From NCBI GenBank assembly GCA_010093705.1, contig MU006096.1:518004-582003 (forward strand): DNA of 64,000 nucleotides. Reading direction: 5' to 3'. Positions 12,623 to 25,149 of this stretch are shown here, in pieces (position 1 is the first letter of the stretch; every line of letters starts with the position of its first letter). The notes under the pieces are model-generated. The model did not search any database and was not told the origin of the DNA. It saw only the letters and a list, made by a program, of their open reading frames with translations. This stretch comes from Patellaria atrata CBS 101060 (lineage: Eukaryota). The translations under genes were made by a program, and so were the position numbers.

Positions 12623-14147
12623 TTATTGTTCCTCAGCAATTGACTGTCCTAGTGCACCAAGTCGATCTTTGGTATCTTCGAGGACTCTATAAGTGCATTG
12701 TTAGCACCAAGCCACTCTAAGTGAGATGTAAAACTTACGAATACTGGTCTGTCAGTACCCCCTCACCACCCTTATCTAGGTCAATCGTGAATACATAAAA
12801 CTGGCCCTCACTTGTGACGACCATCACTTGTGGTCCATTTGCACTCATTGCCACGGCTGTCTTCAGAGCTCCCGAAGATGCATTGGCGCTCTTTGGTACT
12901 CTTACCCATGCAAAATCTCGTGCCGGCTCCCAGATCTCCTGAACCGCACTGGGAAGATATCCACCTAATTTCGCTGCAAAACCCATTCCAACATTTTGTG
13001 ATGTTCGACGGATCATACTTGCTAATGTTGGATTGCTTTGTTTTCTCTCTCCGGATGGAGTAATCATGCTATCGCCAAGACCTGCGCTATCATCCTGATC
13101 TTCACTTCCCGGACTCAAGCTTCTGTCTCGAGTTCTGGAATTGCTCGATTCAGGACGTTGTGCTGAAGAAGTACTATTACTCCTACTATGGCTACCAGCA
13201 TTCGGTGTAATAAGGCGGAATATGTGTACCGTTTCCGTGGCGGAGGAGACGCACAGTAATGTGGATGTTGCATTGAAAGACATGCAATATATTCGCGCAG
13301 GTATTGAACCCCTGCGGAATTGGTACAGCTTTTGGGCATCGGGAACGGAGAAAACCCGGATAATTGTGCCCTTTTCCGAAGCGGTAGCAAGTAGTGTTCC
13401 TTCATTATTGAGAGCAATACATGATAATGGAGTTTGATGTGCTTCTACTACATTTACAGCCTCTAATTTTGTCGCATCAAATATTAAGACTTCACCAGTA
13501 GTGGGAGACACATGGCTTCCTGAGGGTGGTGCGTGCGATGGAGGGGCAAAAGCGGAGGGAGCTGTCTTTTGAGGGAGTGGATAGACCAGATAGTTATGCT
13601 CATTTGATGGTGACAGTGCACATATTGCTAGGAAAAGTTAGTATTCCGCCAATTCAAGTGGGTTGCAAATGTACCATGTGGATTGGGTGATGTCTCTACG
13701 GTGGACAACATATTCATATTACTGATATCGTATATGTAGATAGCATCTTCCAGTATAACGACGAGGCGCTTCCTATTCATCCTTACCGCTAGAACTCTCG
13801 CAGGGAATGTCAGCTCGCATATTGTTGATTGTCTCTAAGCTCTATCAGCCTACAGATATCATACCCGTCTAATAACGGCGTACCTTGGTGTTCTGTATGC
13901 GCAGTAACCGTGGCGATAGTATCATGGCGACTAGTGATGTGGAGAAAAGCATCTCGAGTATGGATATATCTCCATCTCTATTTTCATAACACTTGGAGAA
14001 TTGGTCGGTATAGAACAATCGGAACCCCTTGTTTGTCCCTAGAAAAGCGGTTAGGGAACAAATTTAACCCTCAATAAGTGATTGTCTCTTACCAACTCCT
14101 AGCATACTATTATCTTGATTGAACGTGACAAAATTCATGGTAGTCAT
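12623..14147 (-). CDS. ATG18: Autophagy-related PROPPIN Atg18, 4 introns
   Basis: Spliced start [12 protein letters not shown]...[10 protein letters not shown]...ICELTFP...[22 protein letters not shown]; phosphoinositide-binding YQFRRG motif; last exon [20 protein letters not shown]. Confidence 0.96.
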
Positions 14148-14577
14148 CGTTTCCGATTGAGCTCTTCGTTCACATGCGAGTTATTGGATTGTACTCCTGT
14201 AGACGTAGTGCGAAGTGGTGCTTTCAAGCAGTCGCGCTTTCGAAGGGATGATTGTGTTGTTAGCTCAACATCGAGAGAGATATACTGCTAGGACATCAAA
14301 AGGACGGAGTTCTCTAAGCAGTCATGAATCTTCTGCGGGGAGCTTGATGTTGAAGTGTAACCTGGGCTAATATCTGAAAATGTCCGGAGCTTGGACCGCA
14401 TCTCGTCACGGGTAGATCTTACCCCAGCCACAGTTCACAAGCCACCAGGAACTTCCATTGAGGTCGGGTATGATTTGCTTTTAACACCTCACCTCCCACC
14501 ATCCTGTCCTATTTGGCTCTATCATACTATGTTTAACTTTCTTTTCACTTAATAGAAGCTCTTTTCGCCGACTTACT

Positions 14578-17500
14578 ATGATGAAGAAGCTCCCTCGTAT
14601 AGGAGCGAAGTCTCCTAAAGAGCGACGGGATGAGGCCATAATAGAGACCAACAGTCACAGCATTGTCTCGAAACGCAGTGTAGAAAGATTATATTATGGA
14701 CCGAACTCGCAATTTTTTAGACCTTTCGTGCAAAAACCAGAGCGAAGGTCACCTTTGATAAATAGAGGATATTGGCTACGTATGCGAGTGATAGAGCATG
14801 TCGTCCAGCAGTTTCTGAAGAGGACGTCCGGAAACTCAAATACTATTATCAATTTAGGATGTGGTTATGATCCTCTCCCATTTCAAATATTACATCAGTA
14901 TCCAAAGCTATGCCTTCAAACCACATTCGTCGACGTAGACTATCCACAACTCATGCAAAAGAAAAAGGAGATAATTCTAAATGACGATCATCTCAGCAAT
15001 ATACTCAAAGGCCATAAGGTGGATGATGATTCAAGTGAAACTGCTCCTCTTATATCAGACCATTACGCAGCGGTATCATGCGATCTTAAGAATTTACAAC
15101 CTTTAGAACAATTTCTTAGAAAATCCGGTCTTGAATATTCCACCATATTATTCATCTCAGAGGTTTCAATCACGTATATGGATGTTAACGCTTCAGATTC
15201 TGTCATTCGATGGACTAACCGGTACAAGGAAGGTAAGCTAAGGACCATCTACAACGTAGAGACTAATCATGCTCTCCTTACACGTCATAGTATGTTTTTG
15301 TCTTCTTGAACAGATACTTCCCGATGGTCCAGGGCATCCTTTCGCGGAAACTATGCTTAAACACTTCAATAAATTACAAACGCCGATTCATGCAGTTCAG
15401 AAATATCCTAGAATCGCAGATCAGATCTCTCGATTCTTAGAACTCGGTTGGCCCAACGTCGAAGCTAGGACTCTATGGGATTTGTGGGCTGATCTATCGT
15501 TCATATCACCCAAGGAGAGGTTAGCTCTAGATCTGGTTGAGCCATTCGACGAATGGGAAGAGTTTGCCCTGTTCGGGCAACATTATTTCCTTCTTGTGTC
15601 TACTACAAAGTCAGACAAACTCCAAGGTTTATCACAGTGTGCTCGTGGTTCCCCAATACCAAGCATGAGCACTGAAACACAACTTACAGATACTATTTCC
15701 CAGATTCATTTTTCTAACGTATACAAGTCGGTACCTCAACGGTACGGCTCGGCGTCCAACTTTGGCCAGACTCAAGTTGTGCTCCACGGTGGACTGGGGA
15801 GAAAAGGCCGTACATCTGAAGCCACAGTATATTCCGAGTCATCCAGTGAACCAATTATTTTAGGCTCTTCCAAGTTTTCTTTGATGTGCCATACTCTGAC
15901 GGAAATAGGAGATGCTGGTTCTCGTCGGTATTTGCTTGTTGGAGGTCGTACTTCTCCCAACAGAGTAAGTCCTTGTTGTTGGTTAACCTCAGGGGGAAAT
16001 TATAGACCAGTTGCAGATATACAACCGGCGCGCTACAGACACTGTGCTATTAGACTAGGGTCCATAACTACACGTCTGCATTCCTGGGGTGTTCTTGTAT
16101 TCGGTGGCAAAACTAGTTCTGGTACGGTTCTATCTGATTGGAAATTGATGTTAGATGGGGAGGAATGGAGAGATATTACTCCTTCTGAAGGGTCCCCTGG
16201 ACCGAGCTTTGGAGCTTGTCTCATCGAAACCGCACCAAATAGGGGTATTGTTCTTGGTGGAATGGACGCCACTGGCCGGATTATGGAGAAAATATGGCAT
16301 TGGCAGTTAGACCTCACGATGGAAAACCCTCTACAAATTGAGGATATCACTATAAAACTCGCTAAAGGACAGCTACAACGTTGGGCAAGATTTGGTGCCA
16401 ACATATGTAGATCGAAATGGGGAATTCTGCTGATAGGTGGTATTTCTACAAGCCATCTAGTTGAGGAAAGAGAAGAAGTCATTCTTCTAGACAACGAACT
16501 TGCAAGCTATTGCACATTTCCGTATTCGAGGGAAGGTCCCAGGCCATTGTTGATCGGAGCAAGTTCCGTCACCATTTCCCCAGGAAAGATCATGGTTATG
16601 GGGGGTGGAGCAGTGTGCTTTTCATTTGGAGCTTATTGGAATTCAGGTCCATATCTACTTTGCGAGAGAAAAGACGAGACACTTGAAGCTAACAATACAC
16701 TCGAAGATACATGGAGCCGCTACAATAACAATACCATCTCTGGTGAGATATCACAGAAGTGGAGTTCTGACGACCAAAAGAAAGAAACAATTCACCGAAA
16801 ACCTCGGGACGGAGCAACACCCAATAAGACGTTGACATCCTTCATAAACATAGTTCCGAGAGTTCGATTAGATTCTGTGATAGAATTTGAAAACATCCTA
16901 GCCAAAGCTCATCCCGTCATCCTAGAAGGACTCGAAATCGGATCCTGTATACGTCTGTGGGACTCGGAATATCTAGAGAGCAAAATTGGAGGCGATCGAA
17001 CTGTTGTCGTCCACGATTCACCCTCGAATAGAATGACCTTTCAAAACAAGAATTTTAGCTATTCAAAGATGCAATTCTCGAAATTCATAAGGTCTGTTTC
17101 GAACGGCGACAAGCTTTACCTCCGATCCTTGTCTGCCAGTAAACCAGTTGCAAAACCCACGAATCTCAAGGACGACTTCCCTACAATTGCAGCTGATTTC
17201 CGCTTACCAGATGTACTACAGTATGTCCGGGATAACATACATAGCTCACCCCTTCGCATTTCAGGTCCAGTCACTTTATGGCTCCATTACGATGTCCTTG
17301 CAAACGTCCTATGTCAGATCCGTGGGGAGAAGGTACTGCGTCTGTATCATCCTTCAGATGTCAAGCATTTGAAGATCGCATCAGGAGCATCTAGCTCTGA
17401 CATTGACGTCTTTACGACGGATAGACTCGAGGTTCGAGGAGTTCATGCATACGAAGCACAGTTACATCCTGGGGACATCCTCTTTATACCTCCCTGTTGG

Positions 17501-17734
17501 CCACATACTGCTAAGCCTACGAATGGTCTCAGCGTCGCAGTAAACGTATTCTTCCGGAACTTGGAAACGGGATATGCTCCCGGGAAAGATGTATACGGTA
17601 ATCGGGATTTGCAAGGATATGAGAATGGTAGAAGAGATGTAGAAAGGATCAAGGAATCTTTCAAGGACGTGCCTAAGGATGTCGCTCGATTCTATCTAAG
17701 TCGACTAGCTATGGAGTTGATGGGGGAGGAATAG
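14578..17734 (+). CDS. PPM2: tRNA wybutosine-synthesising methyltransferase Ppm2/TYW4 (LCM domain + Kelch + C-terminal JmjC), 1 intron
   Basis: LCM motifs SKRSVERLY, RRSPLINRGYWLR, INLGCGYD, VDVDYP, EPFDEWEEF; Kelch-like GG repeats; JmjC with LWLHYD...WPH. Confidence 0.93.
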
Positions 17735-19515
17735 GTTACGTCTAACGTATCTAGTACGACGTAAGAGGCCATTCCTACGGTGAATATCCCTGGGCTACTG
17801 GGCTCAATTCCACTTTCAGACACTCTTACGGTCTTTTACAGTTACAAGTAACACTGTGGTGTTTTTGGCGCTGGTAGATCTTATACCTAGTTTTTTAGAG
17901 GGATGATCGGTGGGGGAAACAAGGGAACCCACGGCAGGTGGGGACCTTAGACCTTGGGAAATTGCTACCGCACTATACCTGTAGGGGTTATTCACGCACA
18001 GTTTTGCCCTTTGATCTCTGCTCTCTTTAAGCGATAGAGCCCACTTTCAAGCGTACCATTATTGGGGATTGCACTAGAAAACCTTGGAAGGTACGGCATT
18101 CTGTGAATTTTATACCCCGTTTCCACAAACTCCAAGGTATTCTGTACCCCCGAACACGTAGAAAGTCCCCTTGGAAGACTTCCATTGTTATCTGTCCACA
18201 TTATTCAGTAGACTAGCTTCTCCCTTGTACATTGTCTTTACCTACTGTACAGGCTACTCTAAGTACCAGCGTCTATAAAAAGTGTAGAGCGCGGGGAATG
18301 GAGCGGGGCAAGGTGAGCGAACCCTTATTAACCCTTGGAACTGGGGAACTGCTAGTGAACCTTAAGGACTGTTAACACTTCAAGATATTCTGACGTGCAT
18401 CCATACGCAGTTTTATGACAACTCTTAAGCTTACGACGACACTAATGCTATGAGAATGATTAGAACTTCAATTTTTATGCCAGGGATGGGCGATAAGCAA
18501 TCGAGAGGATCGCGGTGGTCAGGAGTCAGATAAGGTGCGGATTCGATAAACCCCCTCTCCCCCCCTTTTGTGGCTTGTGACATATTTGCCACTCAGTAGA
18601 ACTAAGGCGGTTACCTTTAAGTAAATGTTGATCACAGTAAAGAATACAGATGAGCTACACCTCAGCGACTCAGTAGCGAAGTAGGTTGAATAGCTGCATT
18701 TTATCGCATCATTAGACATGTTATTCTCAAGGTAGGCCAGACCAATGCGTGGCGTATAGCGAATAAGATGCGTGATCTAAGTGGTTGTGTGGATGCTTGA
18801 CCAGTTCCCGCGAAAGCATCCAACTCCTCCTTATTATGCGGGGGAAATGCCATTGTGCCATCTGTGCCATCCTTTGTACGACGTCTAGAAACCATCTCTT
18901 CTTCAACAAAATCCCCAAAGGGTCCCCTTTTCTGTGACACGTTCACATAATTCCAAACATATATCATTTCAACACCATGCTGCCATTCATGACGCCTTCA
19001 GCATAACCTGCAGGCCTGTCTTATCGGGCTCAAGGCGTAACACTTCAGCAGCCCTCATCACTGGCTCAACCCAATAGGTCTGCTCTTCACAATCCTGCTA
19101 GAATCGCGCAGCGAAACTTTTATCTTCACAGTGAATGTGAGCATTGCCACCTATTTATCCCTGAATCATCTCAATTCCACTTTGCATGTCCAAACAACGT
19201 ATCATATCGAAGATCACGAGGTTAACGTTATCGATTGTCCCAAGAACATTCCCCACCGCAGTAACGCGTCCGTCTCCCACTTGCGACATTCACAACCAAC
19301 ATATGCAGCCAAAGTAGCAGCCTCAGGCTTCAATCAGCCCTTAGAGGCTTGTATCAGGCTCTCTAATTGTCAAAAGTTCACCAAGGCATCACATCGGCCC
19401 GTCCTCTCGGTCTCCCGGGTAACGAGTATCCCCCAACACCCATTCCGTGTCCATCACCTTCCTCTTCCGGATCGGTCCCTTCGACATTCGGACAAAGTAG
19501 GAAGACTTTCAAATT

Positions 19516-21893
19516 TTGGCAAGAATGGCCACAGTTGTGGCAAGAGCTCAGGCCATACCAGCAAGATCTGGTACCCCGCCTCCGCATCTTACTCTAAATA
19601 CATCGGTTAGAGGTACGCCTGCCGCCGTGCCGAACAAACATCTTCCAGTCTGTACTCCAGGCCCAAAGCCATCGTCAAGAGGACTTGAAACTCCTCCAGC
19701 ATCACCTCCCATCAAAAATGTAGCCCTCGAAGCATCTTCCGTTCTGCAAGCGGTCGATCAATTTCAAACGGTTGTCGGAGAGCCATCAGTTTACTCCATC
19801 GATGCAGCTACAGTTGCAAAGGCCGTGGAGCACATGGCTACACAGGCACTGCCTGATCCAAAACAGGTGTTTCCATGGCTCCACGGTCTTCATGCCGAAA
19901 ACCAGATCCAGCTTGCCTTCTTTGTCGCCCGTCGACGATCATTGAGAAAGGTACCAAAATGCATTCGAGGAATTACCATCGTGAAGGCTGGTGGAGACTT
20001 GACCCATTCGAAATTAAAGGGTGCTATTGCTCCCGAAGAGTTGCTCTTTGCTACCAACGATGAGAAAGAGACTGCCCGCTTTCTTGAAATCGACCCAAAG
20101 GATGGCTTCTCCGTCCGAAACTTTCAGATCCAGACTTGTAAGATGGCAACCGTGTCTGATATCATTGTATACGGTGACGAGCAGACTCCCAAGGAAGAGG
20201 TGTTGAAATTGGCTCAAAAGATCGCAAAGGCGCAAAAAGCTTGGAAAGTAAAAGTTCAAGTACCAGCCGGAGAGACTCAATCTTTCAATACGTTCGTTGT
20301 AAAAGGTATGATGATAGATTCTAACTTGGGTTGTCGAGATCCTTTTTCTCACTCGGCCCTTGGTTCGATATCGCTGACAGTTAATAAGATCCGTTCTCCA
20401 AGTTCGAGTATGATTACGATGAACTCGTTGCCTTAGACTCTGAAGGCTGTTTAACCGGCAAGGTTACGGATTTCTGTGAGTAAAGTATAGTCTATTATTA
20501 CCTAGTATATACTGACCAACTCAGTCTACTGGGAAAGACTGGAGATGTGTACCATGTCCGAGGCATCCGAAATTAGTAAGAATGTTTACCTTGGTCCAAC
20601 ACCTGATCCGACGTTGAGCGTGGAAACCGGACAAAAACTTTTAGAATTTGATATTCTTATTGAAGCGAGTGACCTAGCTCAGGTACCGGATTCCAGATCC
20701 CTTAAAGCTCTTAGACGGGTTTTGAACGACGATGACCATCCGGTTCTTCAGATTGAGTTTCCCTCTTCTGGGAGCATCATGCCCCCAACATGGTCTCAGG
20801 CGGAGGTTGATGGGTTGATGGAAACTTGTCAATGGATTTACCAATTTGCGAATCCGAATGACCCTGCTCGTGACTCTGATGTTGACAGTGACGGAGATAG
20901 CGTCATGGGACCTCTTACCACTCAACCGCAAAAGGTTTTGATTCATTGCTCGGATGGCTATACCGAAAGCTCTCTGCTTGGATTGACGTACTTCATGTAT
21001 GCGGAAGGTCTTCCGGTTCATGAAGCATGGGTACGACTTCATCGGGACAAAAAGCGTAACTTCTTTGCATACCCGTCAGATGTTGCGCTTTTGACGAGTA
21101 TCCAACCTCGCATTCTTCAAGAATCACCCCGCTGGAAAGGTAGTATCCTCAATATTTCGGAGCCTGCATGGCTAGGGCGTATTGATGGAAGTCTTCCCAG
21201 CCGGATCTTGCCTTATATGTACCTGGGCAACCTGAACCACGCCAATAATCCGGAGTTACTGAAGGAATTGGGGATAACTAGAATACTCAGCGTTGGAGAG
21301 TCCATAACTTGGCCTAAGGATTTGACAGACAAGTGGTCTGCGGACCGGCTTCTCTACATCGACCGCGTGCAGGACAATGGGGTCGATCCTCTTACTGACG
21401 AATTCGAACGCTGTTTAAAATTTATAGGTATCGTCTCGTCCTACTACTTTTTGAGTCTTCTTTGGTGTGCTAACGAGGATCACAGGTCAGGGTAAGCGTG
21501 ATGGTACCGCTACTCTTGTACACTGCCGTGTAGGAGTCTCCCGCTCTGCGACGATTTGCATAGCGGAGGTAATGAAAGAGCTGGGGCTATCATTTCCCAG
21601 AGCTTAGTACGTGCCGCCACTGGAATGTTTTATCTGTGACATACTGAACTTAGTAGTTGTTTCGTTCGCGCAAGACGCCTTAATGTTATCATTCAACCAC
21701 ATCTTCGATTTACGTACGTTATTACTTTCGACTCCAGTGTACTTCCAGAGCTGACAGCTATTGTAGATATGAGCTTCTTAAATGGGAGGAGTTTCAAAAT
21801 CAGCAGCGTGGCCAACCCCTTCGCCGTGAGCTCGAATGGGCTACTGTTGCTCGTGAGATTGCTCTGATGAATAAACCTTATTCACGACAATGA
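19516..21893 (+). CDS. PPS1: Dual-specificity protein phosphatase Pps1, 5 introns
   Basis: VFPWLHGLH..N..Q..FF, FSVRNFQIQ, first phosphatase-like motif HCSDGYTESS, GSLPSRILPYMYLGNLNHA, catalytic HCRVGVSRSA, C-terminal RRLNVIIQPHLRF..ELLKWEE. Confidence 0.93.
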
Positions 21894-22670
21894 TGGTGCG
21901 CCGGTATCCCGTCTCTAACGGAGCAGGATAACCCTCTGCCTCCTTCTCTACACTACGATATGATACATCTTCAGATGTATTGCCTTTCCTTGCTTTTACT
22001 TTTGCTCCTTCTAATTTATTACGATTAACGAGAACATGGCTATGGGATATCGATCTATTCGAAGCGAGTATATATCGCTCATTTCAGGAGATGTAGTTTC
22101 TGCGCAGGATACGATGGATGGATAATGACGGAAGAGGGTTGGGGACTGGGTACCGGCGTCCCGGAATCTTAGGACCATTTTTTGGGGGAGTCTGTGTTCT
22201 CGAAATCTTTTTAGTTTCTATCAGCGTCTGGGATTTTTCTTTGTATCCATGTCTCTTCTTTTTCACATCTTCTTTCGCTTCGTGTATCTTCTTATGGAGG
22301 AAGATGCTTTGGAGATGTCTTGAAGGCATGTTGTATGAGGGCGTGGTTTGTCTTCATTTTCTCAACTTGTGGCATCTGATGGGGCAGCAGTTTTGTGCTC
22401 GTAGTATAGGTAGTGCAGCAGCATCCCCTTTTGCAAAATGGGTTGAATTCACAAATATCACGATAACCGTACCATGTGTTTTATTACGAAACGTGTGTGC
22501 ATATTCAATTGATCGCCTAGCAAATCCTACCCTCGAAGAAAAATTATCCGATATGGAGTAGATCCTCCATCTTAAAACCCCCCCCGTAACGACAGATTCG
22601 ATTCCAACGTCCGCACGTACGCCATGAACGCCCAACTCCCCAATAGAGCAAACAGCAGACCTAACTACAA

Positions 22671-23430
22671 CTACGCGGCTTCCGGGTCCGCGGCCCGCAC
22701 ACTCATTCCCTCGTCGATGTGCGACCGCTGCACAGCCACGTTCTGCGAGTCCTGCTCCCTCAGCAGCACGGCGAGGACCTCGAGCGGCGGGTTCAGGCGC
22801 AGGCGGTGCGCGCGCTTCCAGCGCGTGATGCGCGGGATGCCTATGCAGGGCTGTGGGATCGGATGGGGGCGTTAGCGTTGAGTTCTGGGATGGGAGTGGG
22901 GGTTTGAGGGTTGAGGGACTCGGGAATATTTGGGGTACACATACACCGTATTTCCCCGTGACGTCGAATTCGCGCAGGATCTTTTCATACAACGAGAGCT
23001 CTTTCTGGTGGATGCGCGGGGCTAGCCGCGCCTCTTCTTTCGCGCCCCAGTACTTTTTTATCCGAGCTTCGGAGAGCTTTCGCGCCGCTGTTTCTTCGTC
23101 TGTTGGGGGGGAGAGGGCTTCTTGTGCGCTGCGCTCTTGGATCGCGGTTTCGAGGGTTGTGGGCGCGAGCGTCGGGGATGGTGAGGTCGTTAGGGGTGTC
23201 GGTGTTACTGGGCGGGATAGTTCTGCTTCGGCGCCTTGTGTGACGGGGGAGGGTTTAGAGGATTCGGAGCGGAGGGAGGTTTTAGATGATTTCTTGGACA
23301 GGAGGTCTTTGCCTGCTGCTGTGGAGGAGGGTTTGGTTACCTTTGTCGGTCGGCCGTGGAAGGTTAGGGTTGATTGGATCGTGTTTGGGGTGCTGGTCGT
23401 GCGGCCGGTGGAGCGACGTTTGGGCGGCAT
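22671..23430 (-). CDS. POLD4: DNA polymerase delta subunit 4 (p12/Cdm1), 1 intron
   Basis: PIP-like QSTLTF; spliced ILREFDVTGKYG|PCIGIPRITRWKRAHRLRLNPPLEVLAVL is the p12 signature; ends DPEAA*. Confidence 0.92.
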
Positions 23431-23777
23431 CGTGGTGGTGGGGTTTGTCTAGTCTAGCACTGTAGAGATGTGTTTTGTGGTTCTATTGAGGTAGGTTTGT
23501 AGATATTGCTTTGTGGAACTATTGAGGTAAGTTTGTAAATGTTGTTGATATAATTTGGTCGATGCTCGATGCTTAGCATGGGGTGACGTCCAAAACTTCG
23601 ATCGGTTTGAACTAGCGCTTGTTCGGTTGCTGGGGCAATTCCAGAGTACGCGAAACTCGCGGGGTCACTGGATTGCGAGATGCCAATTTAGGAACATCAC
23701 AGCTTGGAATATACTTCAATTTCTTTCAATGATCTCTGTTTTACCTACTCTATAATCACCGAAACCAAGCGTTCAAT

Positions 23778-25027
23778 ATGAGTCCTACTGATCATTCCCC
23801 CGCACTCTCCAAGCCCGAAGCCGAAGCCCTCCTCCCCCGTTTCAAGCTCGGCAGACTGCTCAATCAAGGTACTCCATTCCCGAATCGCGCGCACCGTAGC
23901 TCACCGAACAGTCTCCAGACCAAGTGGGCCGGCGAATCGTTCTTCAAGGGACCATCGACGATGAGCCCGCACTGCTGCTGGCCGAGCGAGCCGCCTTCCC
24001 CGCCGACGCAACGCATCTAGCCTACTTCGCGAGCGCGCTGGAGAACGTCAAGAATCTGGGCGCCAACGACATCTATTTCTGGTATTTGGCCTCGACCGCG
24101 CACTCGTCTGGAAATAGGAGAGAGGGGGAAGGTGAGGGGGACAAGCTGCAACCACCGGACCTCAAGATCAATCTGATTTACCCTTGTTTGCCGCAGCATG
24201 TTAAGAAATACACGCCGCAGGGGTTGAGGGTCGTGACTGAGACGCCCGAGGTCTATGAGAGGTGGATCAGGCCGTACTATGAGCGGAAGAGGGACAAGGG
24301 GCAGGTTAACTGGGTGTGGAATATTCTGGAGGGTAAGACGGAGCAGGAGGATGTGATGTATAGGGAGAGTGGGGAGGAGGGCTTTGTAGTGTTGCCGGAT
24401 TTGTGAGTTAATCCCGTCATTGATCTGGCCTAGGATTGTGAGTGAAAAGGTATAGGGATGGCGCTAACCGGGGGAATCGTCATAGGAACTGGGATCGCAA
24501 AACGATGGAAACCCTTCATGTCCTCGGCATCGTTGAGAGGAGGGACATTTGGTCCGTCCGGGATCTCAAGAAGAAACATATTGTTTGGTTGAAGCACATG
24601 CGCGATAAGTTCCTCGATGCGGTCGTGAAATTGTATCCTGATATCGAACAGGATCAGCTGAAGCTTTACGTTCACTGTAAGTCTTGTCTATTCGCGGTGC
24701 CTCGAACTTTCCTCATGATCCATATGGTCCACTTCCATTGCTGAACCTTTGATAGACCAACCCACATACTACCACTTCCACGTTCACATAGTCCATGTCG
24801 CGCTTGATGCTGGGGCTACGCAAGCTGTAGGCAAAGCGATCGGCCTCGACAGCATCATCGCCCAAATAGAGACAATGGATCCTGGTAGCAAAGGCGACGA
24901 GGCCGGCATTGCTGATGTGAGTTTGACTTATCATGTTGGCGAACAGACGGAGTTGTGGACGGAGATTTTCAGCGTTTTAAAGGAGAAGAGGGAACCGTAT
25001 GATGGTCAAAATGTGGGAGGGAGTTAG
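23778..25027 (+). CDS. DCS1: m7GpppX scavenger decapping enzyme (DcpS), 3 introns
   Basis: LKINLIYP...HVKKY, VTETPE, WVWNILEGKTE, LPDLNWD, SVRDL, and HIT-type YVHYQPTYYHFHVH after splicing. Confidence 0.95.
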
Positions 25028-25149
25028 AATTTATATTTTGAGACGCTGTGGTATAATCATAGCATCTTATAGAGAATGGAGATATTTACATTTCCGTAAC
25101 TTACAAAACTATTCCTGAAATTTGGGCATAGGTGTCAGTTTCTAGCTCT

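Noticed and set aside
22354..22670. 358-aa ORF extension of POLD4
   Set aside because: It is read-through of an unspliced intron. The spliced gene ends at 22671.
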